Assembly: GCF_001194135.2 (NCBI RefSeq)
Contig: NC_068982.1
Coordinates: 99,013,021 to 99,077,020, forward strand
Direction of reading: 5' to 3'
Source of the DNA: Octopus bimaculoides
Taxonomy: Eukaryota
DNA: 64,000 bases
Positions 13,167 through 25,200 of this stretch are shown piece by piece. A program made the translations under genes and the position numbers. The stretch's first letter is position 1, and the number at the start of each line of letters is the position of its first letter. Below the pieces are notes generated by a model. It saw only the letters and a program-made list of their open reading frames with translations. It made no database searches and was not told the origin of the DNA.

Positions 13167-14383
13167 AAAAGACACTGAATTGATATCAATGGGAAATGAA
13201 TAAATAGATGGAGAAGACAGAAATATTAACAAAGTATGTGCAACAAGGCTTTCCTGACTTAGGGGAAATTTGAGAGAGATTAAGTGACTGAATATGAGAG
13301 AAGGTGCATTACTTTAACTGGCACAAAGCTAAACCATGTAATACACAAGACTATTACCATTGTAGTTCTAACTAATTTTGCAAATCAATTATAAGATAGC
13401 AACTTCCATATTTACCAGCAGATTATTAAAGCTTCTCTGAAAAGTGGAATCATATAAACTTAACGTTTTATGAAATTAATGAGTATCATAAAAATATAAT
13501 TCTGACCATAATTTTTTAATAATATATGAATTATATAACTTAAACCTTAAAGAAAGTGGAGAATAAAACCACAACTATGATAGGAAAACAAGAATAGGAA
13601 TATTGGCATGTCAGTGACAGTTTCAAATTTCGTATTTTGAACAACAATTTATCTTTTTTGAGAAGAACCTGCATAATACATATTTTCCTTCTAATGACAC
13701 ACTGAACTTTCTCCTAACATAATTCTTACAATAATATTTGTTAACTGTTGTGGTTAAATCTGCACAAAATAAATGATCTGCAAGGAAGTGCAAACACTAA
13801 ACCTTAAACAGCAATTCATAATCCTTTTGAAAATCAATGAATTTATAGATTCATAATGAGGAAAACAGTCTGGATTTGACGATATTTTGACAAAATAAAA
13901 ATAACTATAAATATGGAATAGTATATGGAAGGGAGGATATTTAAAAATACTGACATTGAGACATAGCAGAATGAATAATATGATATATTCTCAACTTATA
14001 GTTAATGAGTTAATATCTTGTTACCGACACAGATGTAAATCCTTAGGAACGGGACTGAATTCTTGTCATATCTACTTTAGCAAAAACTTATGAACCATAA
14101 TGGCACTCATTCCACAAATACAGGAATAACAGGAAATTATGATGTAACAAAGTGGTTTTGTTGATGTGAGATCAAATCCTATTAAAGTCATCTTAATCTT
14201 TAACTGATGAAAAGAATGAATGTCAGATCATTAAAATAACAAGACAAAACAAAATCTCCTAAAAATCTACCTTAATTATTACAAGCATACAACATTACTT
14301 TTTCAAGTATAAATGTAAATGTAATTTTATAAATTAAACTTCATGAGCTAACAAAATATCTCACATTTTCTTATATGAATTAC

Positions 14384-14401
14384 CTTTAAAGACCCTCACC
14401 A
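14384..14401 (-). CDS. DIP2: Candidate 18-nt DIP2 microexon (phase 1-1, adds VVRVFK)
   Basis: Sequence reads cttttcatttgcatcctattttatttag|TGGTGAGGGTCTTTAAAG|GTAATT. Strong splice sites, frame-preserving and stop-free between the 18900 and 11481 exons. Confidence 0.6.
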
Positions 14402-15241
14402 CTAAATAAAATAGGATGCAAATGAAAAGTAAAAGAAATTAGAGAATCAAAGAAAAAAAATTATAATAATTCTAGATACACAAAAAATTCTATAAAAGCA
14501 TGAGTTGACAATTACAATGAATAACAATATTTAGTGATTACACTAAAAATTAGGAGAAAGAAGACATCTTTAAAATTTAGTTAGAGAAGACCAGAAAGAA
14601 ACCCTCTGTAATGTCAAACATTAGCAGCGAAAATCCATTTTAAAACTATTTTTCAGTCATTATTATCTTTTATCTACCTGCATTATATTTTGGGCAATTA
14701 ACTTTCTCTTTTTAATCAGAATTACAGGATGGTGCTATTTCTATATGAAAACTTATTTAGTTTGTGTTAAAGATAAGGAGTACAAAGTACTGTCAAACTG
14801 AAGACATCCAACTAAGTTTGTATTGATATCTCCACTCTAAGAAATATTCTCACTAGCTTGCAGTTTTAACCTCACAACATTGTTTTATGTTTCCAGCATT
14901 TGTCACAAATTTCATTCCAGCAAGCATGCCTGCATGCACTTAAAGGTCATATCTTAAAATACAAAATATACAAGCTCTAAATTTCAAAATGTACTTTTTC
15001 ACAGATGTGGAATTAGTAATGATCCTATGTCAAGCAGCTAATACTATATCAAACACACACACCAATGTTTCATCTTTCAAAAGCAAAGAATCAAACAAAA
15101 GTAGAACAAGTGAAAGTTGAAGATGTTGAGTATTTTTCTGTGTAATGATCTCACAATTCTACCAGCCCACCATACTAGAAATTATTCAAACTATAACCAT
15201 TAAAGTTTATATGTTAAACACAACAAACTTATACTCTATAC

Positions 15242-15717
15242 TAGTGGTTCCCAACCTATTGTAGCTCAATCCTAACACCTTCCCAAATGGCATTTTACAA
15301 ACAGCTTTCCCAAATTGTTTGGAAAAAAGAAAAGTAGATTACTTTACTGAAACAGAAGCTAGTTTTATTTAGTGGTTTATTATCCATATTTTCTTACACC
15401 ATCAATCTGGCATGTGCTATTTTTTAAAAGATGTTTTTGTGGGTACCATCAACCCACAGAAATATTTATGGAAATTACTAAAGGACATAAGGACTTGCAT
15501 AACAAAAATGTACTGAGACGTGGCTCATCTGTCATGGTTCTGCTCATGGATAACACAATGTCCAATTCATATTTTAACTCCCCAATGATATTTTACCTGC
15601 TTTGAATATTTTAATTCTAAGTAAAATCCTGATCTATAATGTCTCCATAGCATTTGACATCCACCTTGGGAGTCCACATCATCCCCGAAAGAGTGCTAGT
15701 TAGGTTAAGAACCACTG
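15242..15717. mobile_element. hAT (Charlie-type) MITE, 476 bp
   Basis: TIRs tagtggttcccaacct and aggttaagaaccactg (13/16 match), with an 8-bp TSD ctctatac/ctctatat. Confidence 0.85.
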
Positions 15718-17497
15718 CTCTATATCATCTTGACATGTATCAAGATGTGACAGGAACTTTCCCAAGAAGCCATATCCATTATCTCATCATAACCCCTTTA
15801 ATCAGAAAAAACATTGAATGTCACAACTAATCAGACTCTATCCATATAAAATTGATATTTTAAGACAAATCCTTATCAGTATATGTAAAGGGTAATCATA
15901 TTTTTATTATGCTGAATCAATGGGTAGCAAACAAAGTGTGATCCCATTGAGGCAGGATGCAGAGGGTTTACAGGACAGTCTCTCTGCTGAGCCTACATAT
16001 GAAGCATCACAGGGGCCAGTGAATTAAAAGTCACTTCAAGTTTACTTCAAAGTGGCTGTGGATCAAGAGGTGTGAGCCCTAGAAGGAGTAGTGTAACCTG
16101 GGGTAGTGTTAACTGGACATAAGCTGGAGCTTAATCAATTTTGGTTAGGTAACTTGTGTGAAGGTATCTGATTTTGAAACACCCAAAGTACCCAGTAACT
16201 CCAGGAAACATCACTAGTGTGGTGTCCAGGTGCATTACAAGATGTATGCTAACTTTCTGGAAATAACTATCATTTTTCAATGAGAGGTTATTCTTCCAAA
16301 TATTTGTTATGTCAAGCATGAACAAAGCATATGCACTTTCAGACATATGGCAACTAAACCATACCCTCATTTCTGCAAATATTTTTTCTTTTTTTTTTTT
16401 TCAAAGTTATTTAATTGAAATTCTTCTGAGTATATAGTTGAGTATTATTATTTTTTTCAACTTTTATACACAGCAGAGACTGATTTTAAAAAAAAATTTT
16501 ACAATTTAGTCAGAGATTGATTACTCTACATGGTCATCCAACCTGCTAGAAACAGAACCAAATCTCTCTCAAATTACATACTACTGTAGTAGCTCTGAAT
16601 TTTTTTAATGTGGACTGGAGATCAAACCACAAATTACTGGTGCACTTTATATGTCAAGTTAAAAAGGAATGATACATCAAAAATTTAGAAAAACATAAAA
16701 AAAATATTGTTTGCCTTGTATTAGCAATCATGTTTCATTGGACTACAGCAATGCTGGGGCAATGCCTTGAAGGGTTTTAGTTGAACAAATAAAACCCAAT
16801 AATTATGTTTGTTGAAAGCCTGATACTTATTCTATTTTGTTGAACTGCTAAGTTATGGGGATACAACTAAACTGTCTTTGATCATATATATATCCTATGG
16901 TGAAACCAATTTGGCACTTTAATATTGCTGGCAAATGATTCCCAGTTAATTTCATTCTGAGAAAGTTGCTTGCTAAATTACCATCATCCTACATTATTAC
17001 TGTTTCATTCTAAAATAGTATGCAGAGATCTTCCTTGTTTTGAAAAAGTAAATAATAATAAAAAAAAGTATCATCTCTATCATATGATACAAATCTATGG
17101 CTCCCAGTTGTAAAATCAGACCATTAAAGAAAAGACCTAGCTTAATAATAGGTGTTTTTTTTTTTAAAGAAGTTATAGTTATAAAATATGAAGAAAACGA
17201 TCAGGTGAAACGAGAATTTTCTGGTAAAAAATTGAGTAGAGGAATGTGATGAATTACAAAATAGTTATATATTTGTATGTGTATTTATCTATATACTAGC
17301 TCCTATTTTGGAATTTTTATATCTGAGCTAATATTTGTCTTACTGCTAGTAGAAGAAAAGTGCATGAAAGAATGCTTACAGCTTTGAAAGTGAAAAGGAA
17401 TAACATGGTTAAGAAGTACAGTTCTATATTTATGAGATGAGGAATTATGTACATTATTTACATTTGACGGATAGTTGTCCTCATCTTGTTTGTTGTT

Positions 17498-17543
17498 AAC
17501 ACAGCGTTTCGGCTGATATATCCTCCAGCCTTCATCAGGTGTC
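17498..17543 (-). ncRNA. Minimal hammerhead motif, copy 1 left arm
   Basis: GACAC CUGAUGA A GGCUG...CAGCC GAAA CGCU GUGUU; ACGU has become ACGC. Confidence 0.6.
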
Positions 17544-17837
17544 TTGGGGAAATTTCGAACCTGGGTTCTCATACCTAAGGTATTTTTCAATGTTATTATT
17601 ATTATTCAGATCACTGCCTGGAATTAAACACGGAACCCTGGAGTTAGTAGCCCGTGCTCTTAACCACTATGCCACATGGCATAGTGGTTAAGAGCGCGGG
17701 CTACTAACCCCAAGATTCTGAGTTTAATTCCAGGCAGTGATCTGAATAATAATAATAATAATAATAACAATAACAATGACAACAACAACATAAAAAAATA
17801 CCTTAGGAATGAGAACCCAGGTTCAAAATTTCCCCAA

Positions 17838-17883
17838 GACACCTGATGAAGGCTGGAGGGTATATCAGCCAAAACGCTGTGTT
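17838..17883 (+). ncRNA. Minimal hammerhead motif, copy 1 right arm (core GAAA changed to AAAA)
   Basis: gacac ctgatga a ggctg gagggtatat cagcc aaaa cgct gtgtt. Confidence 0.5.
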
Positions 17884-18899
17884 AACAACAAACAAGATGA
17901 GGACAAATATCCATCAATTGTAAATAATGTATGGTAAGAAGTAGTTCAAAGCCATTTTAGTCACTGAATAAACTACAAAACCAGTATCTGAGAAAATACG
18001 ATGGTAGCAATTATTTGCTAGCCTACATAAAACCTAGTTTGAAATTGAGAAACCAACTAGATTGCCATTGCAAATGAAGATCATTAAGTATATTAGTTAA
18101 TTTTCACAGCCCGCCTCCCACTGTCTCTTCAAATATGGTTCAATATGCAAACCACTTTAAAGTTAATAAAGTAAGGAAAACTATTTTTACATAAACTGAG
18201 AAACAGTGATTCATGTTAATGTAAAATTTAAGAAATGTATAAATGCTATTGCAATAAAATTTGCACAAGTAAGTCTTCTTGGTCACATGGAATATACAAA
18301 GTGGCTAAATTCTGGATTAACTTATAATCTTATATATATTTCTTTACCAAATAATAAAATATCTTGTCACAGTTAATGAAATTTAGAAAAATTAAACTGA
18401 AGTAAGTTTCACTAGACAACAGCAACAACTGAAGCATTGAAATGAGTTTTGATGGGAAGAAGTAACAGAATTAGTAAATAATATGCTAGCTACTTTCAAA
18501 ACAAATATCTCAGATAAACTTTTGACACTCTTTTAGTATTAAGAATTTAATAAAATGCATTTTGTAACTCCTCTAATTTACAACTAATGAGAGGGAAAAG
18601 ATTGCAGATTCTATGTAAGAAGAATGGTATGAAAGTAGACTGTTCTCTCATGTGCAAACATTGCCATACAAATCAAGCCATATCAAAGCAGGAAAAAATT
18701 AATAGTAATTGATAAATATTGTTTAGGAAGGCACAAATACAACATGAACAATTTTCAACTTAAAATATAAAACTGGAGAGTTTCAAACAGCACAGAAAGT
18801 ATATTTTATATTGTGAAAGATACAAAATTCTAGAGAGAGAAAGAAAAAGGAAAAGAGCAAGATGAACATAACAATGGAAATATTCTAAAAGAAACTCAC

Positions 18900-19046
18900 C
18901 TGGCTCTTCTTCAAAAGTGGAAAGTTGAGTAGACCCAACTCTGATCGAAGATGCATGTGCTTGACCATAACGGTTAACTCTGTCGGCCCCACGCATACTT
19001 TTGGAGGCATTGCTTGTCACATCTGGTGGTTGGGAGTAATGCTGAG
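18900..19046 (-). CDS. DIP2: DIP2 coding exon (phase 1-1, 147 nt)
   Basis: Acceptor tttctcattcatacag, donor GTGAGT. Translates SQHYSQPPDVTSNASKSMRG...STFEEEP; PPDVT motif as in DIP2. Confidence 0.92.
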
Positions 19047-19269
19047 CTGTATGAATGAGAAACAATAAGAAAATAAGAAATGGATAATAAAAAATATAAC
19101 AACAATAATAGATTTAAGGATTGACACACTGGTTCAATCTATGCTGATAATACAAACTAAGCAGTCTTCTTTTGTGCTGATCGTTCGTTTAACATCCGCT
19201 TGTCTATAAAAACAAGAATTAGCTTTATTAAATATTTTAAGATATTTTTTCCTTGTAGTGGTGGTTATT

Positions 19270-19595
19270 GTTGTTGTTTAGCACTTTGGCATTTTGGACA
19301 AGTGCCTTCTCCTATAGTTGTGGCCTGACCAATGCCTTCCTTGTGAATGAAACTGATAGAAACTGTGGAGAGATCTGTCATACACGTGTGTGTCTATGCA
19401 TTTATCATCCATCAAGTCTGTCTTTACATCAACATCATTTGAAAAAGGATACTCAGTGTTTAAGACCTGTAGCGTATCAGTCCTGTAAATAGTAACTGAT
19501 AAATTCCAAACTTAAAAAAGTAGGTAATGGAATTGTTATGATCAACTAAAACCATGCCGTACATCAGCATGGCCACAGGCCAAAGACTGAAACAA
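19270..19595 (+). mobile_element. Old SINE-like repeat (CORE-like start, ...catggccacag...gactgaaac end)
   Basis: Shares blocks with 22150-22335, 44540-44900, 58500-58790 and 58810-59145. Boundaries approximate. Confidence 0.55.
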
Positions 19596-20111
19596 AATAT
19601 TCACAAACACAAGGTATTCTAACACCATTTTTACCTTTGAAATGCCTGTATACTTCAGTAAGTAGATGAAATTGAGGTACTTGGGTGTTTCTCTAGGCTT
19701 CGTCAGAGATTTTAGAAAGTACATAAGGTTAAGATATAGATATAAACACACACACACATATATATACAAACTCAATTTCATCTACTAATTACTTCAGTCC
19801 ACTGGAGGGATAAAGGTAGAATGAGGTATTTTTGCCTCTTGGCTGAAACAGTTGAAAGGTATTATCCCAATTTCTATTGCTATATGTTATATTTTAATAA
19901 TTACTGATATCTTATATTTTATATATGTAAGGCATAATATGTCATACATGTATGTATATTGTTATAATTGTCCTTTTAGTAAATAAATAAACTGACATAA
20001 TATGTCTATAAGTTGATGAACACCACCTATTAATTCCGTCCATTTTCTTATTGCTCTATATATATGTACATATATGTGTGTGTGTATGTATGTATATATA
20101 TATATATATAT

Positions 20112-21064
20112 NNNNNNNNNNNNNNNNNNNNNNNNNNNNNNNNNNNNNNNNNNNNNNNNNNNNNNNNNNNNNNNNNNNNNNNNNNNNNNNNNNNNNNNNN
20201 NNNNNNNNNNNNNNNNNNNNNNNNNNNNNNNNNNNNNNNNNNNNNNNNNNNNNNNNNNNNNNNNNNNNNNNNNNNNNNNNNNNNNNNNNNNNNNNNNNNN
20301 NNNNNNNNNNNNNNNNNNNNNNNNNNNNNNNNNNNNNNNNNNNNNNNNNNNNNNNNNNNNNNNNNNNNNNNNNNNNNNNNNNNNNNNNNNNNNNNNNNNN
20401 NNNNNNNNNNNNNNNNNNNNNNNNNNNNNNNNNNNNNNNNNNNNNNNNNNNNNNNNNNNNNNNNNNNNNNNNNNNNNNNNNNNNNNNNNNNNNNNNNNNN
20501 NNNNNNNNNNNNNNNNNNNNNNNNNNNNNNNNNNNNNNNNNNNNNNNNNNNNNNNNNNNNNNNNNNNNNNNNNNNNNNNNNNNNNNNNNNNNNNNNNNNN
20601 NNNNNNNNNNNNNNNNNNNNNNNNNNNNNNNNNNNNNNNNNNNNNNNNNNNNNNNNNNNNNNNNNNNNNNNNNNNNNNNNNNNNNNNNNNNNNNNNNNNN
20701 NNNNNNNNNNNNNNNNNNNNNNNNNNNNNNNNNNNNNNNNNNNNNNNNNNNNNNNNNNNNNNNNNNNNNNNNNNNNNNNNNNNNNNNNNNNNNNNNNNNN
20801 NNNNNNNNNNNNNNNNNNNNNNNNNNNNNNNNNNNNNNNNNNNNNNNNNNNNNNNNNNNNNNNNNNNNNNNNNNNNNNNNNNNNNNNNNNNNNNNNNNNN
20901 NNNNNNNNNNNNNNNNNNNNNNNNNNNNNNNNNNNNNNNNNNNNNNNNNNNNNNNNNNNNNNNNNNNNNNNNNNNNNNNNNNNNNNNNNNNNNNNNNNNN
21001 NNNNNNNNNNNNNNNNNNNNNNNNNNNNNNNNNNNNNNNNNNNNNNNNNNNNNNNNNNNNNNNN
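20112..21064. other. Assembly gap (953 N)
   Basis: N run bounded by (TA)n and (AC/AT)n. Confidence 1.
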
Positions 21065-21079
21065 ACACATATATATATC

Positions 21080-21850
21080 CTCATCATCATCATTCAATGT
21101 CCGCTGTCTATGCAGGCATGGGCTGGATGGTTTGACCATGGCTGGCAAGCTGGAAGGCTACACCAGACTTCAGTCTGATTTGGCATGGTTTCTATAGTTG
21201 GATGCCCTTCCTAAGACCAACTACTCTGAGAGTGTAATGGATGTAAAACGCGCCACTGGCACGGGTGCCATTTGCATGACACCGGTATCTGCCATGACTG
21301 CGATTTTGCTCAGCTTGATGGGTCTTCTCAAGCACGACATAATGCCAAAGGTCTCAGTCATTGCCTCTGTGAGGCTCAAAGTTCAAAGATCATGCTCACC
21401 ACCTCATCCCATATCTCCCTGAGTCTACCTCTACCCCAGGTTTCCACCACAGTTAGAGATCGGGACTCCTTTACACAGCTGTCCTTGTCCATATGCATCA
21501 CATGACTGTACCAGCGTAGTTGTCTCTCTTGCACACCACATCAGATGCCTCTTATGCCTAATTTTTCTCTGTTGAACATGCACACTGACACTGCAAATCC
21601 AGCAAACCATACTGGCTTCATTTCTTTCAAGCCTACACATGTCCTTGGTTGTCACAGCCCATGTTTCATTATTATCACCATAGCTGTTCACACAGGCATC
21701 ATACAATCTGCCATTCACTCTGAGAGATAGGCCCTTTGTTGTCAACAGAAGTAGGAGCTCTCCGAACTTTGCCCAGCCTAATCTTATTCTCATAGCTACA
21801 CTCTCAGAGCATCCACCTCCACTACTAATTTGGCCACCTAGATAACAGTA
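21080..21850 (-). mobile_element. RTE LINE 3' fragment
   Basis: RIRLGWAKF...RLYDACV...RLERNEASM RT C-terminus, and the same 3' UTR/(GAT)n tail as the 29.5-kb copy. Confidence 0.9.
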
Positions 21851-22962
21851 GCTATATAGAAAGACACAGAGAGTGAGCCATGTAAAATTCTAGTCAAGAG
21901 AAATCATAAACATCAATACAGTTAATTTATACAACCATTTTCCAATTACGAGTAGATTTCAAAACTATGAGTGAGATTTGACAGATCCATTGCCAGTGAC
22001 ACAGCACCAAGTTGTTCAGGTAGCTACCTGGACAACCTATGGTTGCTTTATCAGAGATGAACTGAAAGTTACACAACAACATTTGAAATATCACTAATAA
22101 AATGCGTGTGTGAGTGTGTGTAAATATGTATGTATTGTTGCAAATATGTTGCTTTAATTCCAGTCCCACTGCATAGCCCCTTGGGCAAATGTCTTCTAAA
22201 ATTGCCCAGGGCCAACCAAAGACTTTTGAATGGATTTGACAGATGGAACCTGAAAGAAGTTCGTGTGTGTGCAGATGTATGTGCATGTTTGTTCTTTATG
22301 CTGACATTGTGCACCAACTGTAAATAAGCATTGCCAGGCATGTTTTCCTTGAACACACACCTGGTGATATTATCTTGCTTGGAAACATGAGAGTTGGTAA
22401 CAAGATGGCCATAGTGTCTTGCTGTAGCGGAGGTACAAGGTGAGAGAGAGGTGGAAAGAGAGGAGAGAGAGAGAGAGACCAGGAATGAAGACAGAAACAG
22501 GTGCACTGCTGCAAAGGAAATACATGGTTAACCAGCCTGAGGGGAAGTGCAGGAGAAGGAGAAAGAGAGAGTGGGAAACAGCAGGATAAAGATGGTGGCT
22601 CACAAGGGACAGGGATCAGAATATAAATGGGATGGTTGAGTAAAGGAGGAGAGAGATATAGATGGTGGCAAGTGCTTGGGCATACCCTTGAGGTTTGAAT
22701 GCCATAATATAAGTGGTAGGATACTGCGAAGGAAGCATGATTAAAGAGTACAGAGGGGGAGGTGGCGAAAACCTGGGTATATATAGAGTTGGGGGAGGTA
22801 CTGGATAACAATGATACAGAGGAACAGGGCTGTGAAGACAGGATTGGGGAGTGAGAGCTAGGCATAATGTATGACAGGAGGAAATGTGAAGAAGAGATAT
22901 AGATTGGTTTGTTGGGATAAGGTGTGTAAAAAGTTTTCTTAAGTGTGGGTGGAACATACATG

Positions 22963-22993
<31 letters not shown>

Positions 22994-24689
22994 TGCTTTT
23001 ATTATGCCATTTGTGTGTGAAGTAGAGTAATGACACATAATCAGAAAACTTTTTCAATTCTTGCAAATGCCCTTTGTAAATGCATAGAAGTAATGAAAAA
23101 ATGCCTATTTTACTCTCATAATCTTAGTCTTTGTATTTAAAAATATAAATATATATATCACTAATATCTATCGCTTAGGATCTGTGATAGTGTTTTTGTG
23201 CAATAAAAGTTTCTATAATTTCCCAAGGAAATATATTAGAAAGATAACGAACTACAAATTGTGTAAATTACAATTCTCATTAATATATTTAATTTCAATA
23301 CTACTAAATACTAATACTAATGCTTCAACTGTCAGTTGGCACTTTATAACCGGTTGTTTATACTGTCTGTCTTAATGCCAACTATTTAGCAGTGTTTAGA
23401 AATCAAAGTGAATAGCTGGGAATATTAGTGATTGAAGTAAATAATAAAGGTAATTCTCAAATATAAATTCATTTATTAATGAGGGAAGAAACAATATAGA
23501 TTATTTATAGTTTTAATAGTTATCCCTTGAGACAAACAATGAATGATGAATAGGTAAATAGAAACACTAACCTGATGCAACATTCACATGCAAGGATATG
23601 TAGAGGCCGGTGCATGAAGGTAGTATTTTACAAGTTTTTGTAAATTTATAATACCTTTAGGTAATCAACATATTTCTGACAGAAGGTAAAATGTTTTCCA
23701 TTCTCGGCTAGTGTATGTTATTCATCTCACTAAACATACTGAACAGCATTAGTGAAAGATGCTCAAATGTTTCTGTACTTTTCAGTTTGTTATTCCAGTT
23801 TTGTAAAGTTGATGGACAACTGGACAGGTAAATCAATATTAGTAGTGTTGCAGTAATCAGCAGCTGAGTTCTATTGCAGAGGGACTGCTACACACAAAAC
23901 ATAGTCATTCATAACATATAGTGAGTAGGTGGTTCATATCTTGATTTATCAGAACCACCACCCCAGATCCAATATTTTTCATGTTATAAATAATCCACAG
24001 ATTTATTTGTAAATAATTGTTAGGTACACTATCAACGTTTTTGCACTAATTATGGAAGAATAAGTTTATTATTAGCAACTATAAGTAATAAATCCTTTGA
24101 GTAATCAATATGATAGACACTCAATTTTTATACCAAGTTACAATGTTATTTGCAAGGAATTAAAACATATACTAGAATACTGAACATTTTGGGACCATAC
24201 AGTTTTCTAGTTTTTACTTAATTTTTACTAAATGTTATATCTACCAAAGACATGTTGCATTTTCTCAGCATTGAAAACTTTGGCAAAAGCATTGTTGGTG
24301 TCCTTAACATCAGTAAAGCTTTTAAAGATCATGTCTAGCATGAGAACCTTTATAGTTAAGTGTGTGTTCCTTCTGCTCCTAACCTCATGAGTTTGACACT
24401 TTTCTAAAATCAAAAGTTTCCTGTCAAACCAGTGAAATTTAATGAGCATTGATGGTCCTCCCTTCTATCAACACTGATACACTTCATGATTCAAGGCAGC
24501 ACTCACTCTTCATTCTATGCATTACTTACTTGTTATTACCTGTAACTCCCAGAGTTTCCTCTGTAAATATTACCACTCATTTCTCCTTATGGTTCCTTAT
24601 ATCATTACATAATGTAGATATCTCACTTCATGCATACACTGCTTCCATAAATAGAGAGTTCAAACATATCCTCCAATGGAAATATGACC

Positions 24690-25200
24690 CCTAATCTCTT
24701 CAACAACATACAAGCAATTGCTATAAATATCAAGGAAACAGTCTTGCACTACACCTCCCTGAACACAAACCAGAACCTCTGAAAGTTGCTACATATATTT
24801 ATTAAGTCTCACTATCTGATGATTTTTCATGATGACCTCACATAACAATGGCAAATCTGCATCTCAAAGATTAGGTTCCTTTTTGACAGAAATAACACAC
24901 ACACACACACGCACATTAGCTGACTTTCTACAAAATTGTGCCCAGTTAACATATTCCAAACTTCATTTGGCTAATTTTCAAAGATTCATTTGCCAACATG
25001 CTATTTCTTTTCTCTACTCTTCCTCCCATTTCTTTAAGTTCCACTGTGCTAATAAATTGCATACCTACTTCACAACCTGCTCAAAGCATTTGTCTCTTCT
25101 CATCATCATCCCTACTTCCTTATCTCCAAAGCTTGCAAACATTCTCCATCTTGTAGCTCCTGCATACAACTGTATCCCTCTGAAATAACTTTTCTGCCAG
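24690..25200 (+). mobile_element. Very old LINE (L2/CR1/Jockey-like) RT relic
   Basis: AIAINIK, ADFLQNCAQ and KFHCANK resemble AxxLDISKAFD, IxDFLSNRxQ and xHxYADD. Confidence 0.35.

Larger units (their letters stand above)
17417..17931. mobile_element. Palindromic tRNA-head/hammerhead element, copy 1 (complete head-to-head dimer)
   Basis: Arms 17450-17674 and 17677-17931 are reverse complements around a 2-nt spacer. There is a ~30-nt extension on the left only. Flanked by atggt(t)aagaagta at 17405-17418 and 17931-17943. Confidence 0.9.

Noticed and set aside
12696-13183. Overlapping His/Thr/Val/Cys/Tyr-rich ORFs
   Set aside because: They are microsatellite translations; the same applies at 22.1-23.1, 35.0 and 38.7 kb.
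17677-17735. tRNA-Ser gene
   Set aside because: There is no acceptor stem or long variable arm and the B box is mutated; it is a SINE-like head.
17303-17872. Recurrent short ORFs (MSWGNFEPG..., MRTQVRNFPK...), also at 54692 and 60643
   Set aside because: These are by-products of the palindromic repeat; frames and stops differ between copies.
19962-21197. Six ORFs of 345-377 aa in the supplied track
   Set aside because: They are translations of the N gap.
23655-23675. 21-nt AG...GT microexon (KYVDYLK)
   Set aside because: It is open only in phase 0. In this phase-1 intron it contains TGA, so it is at most a poison exon, with no support.
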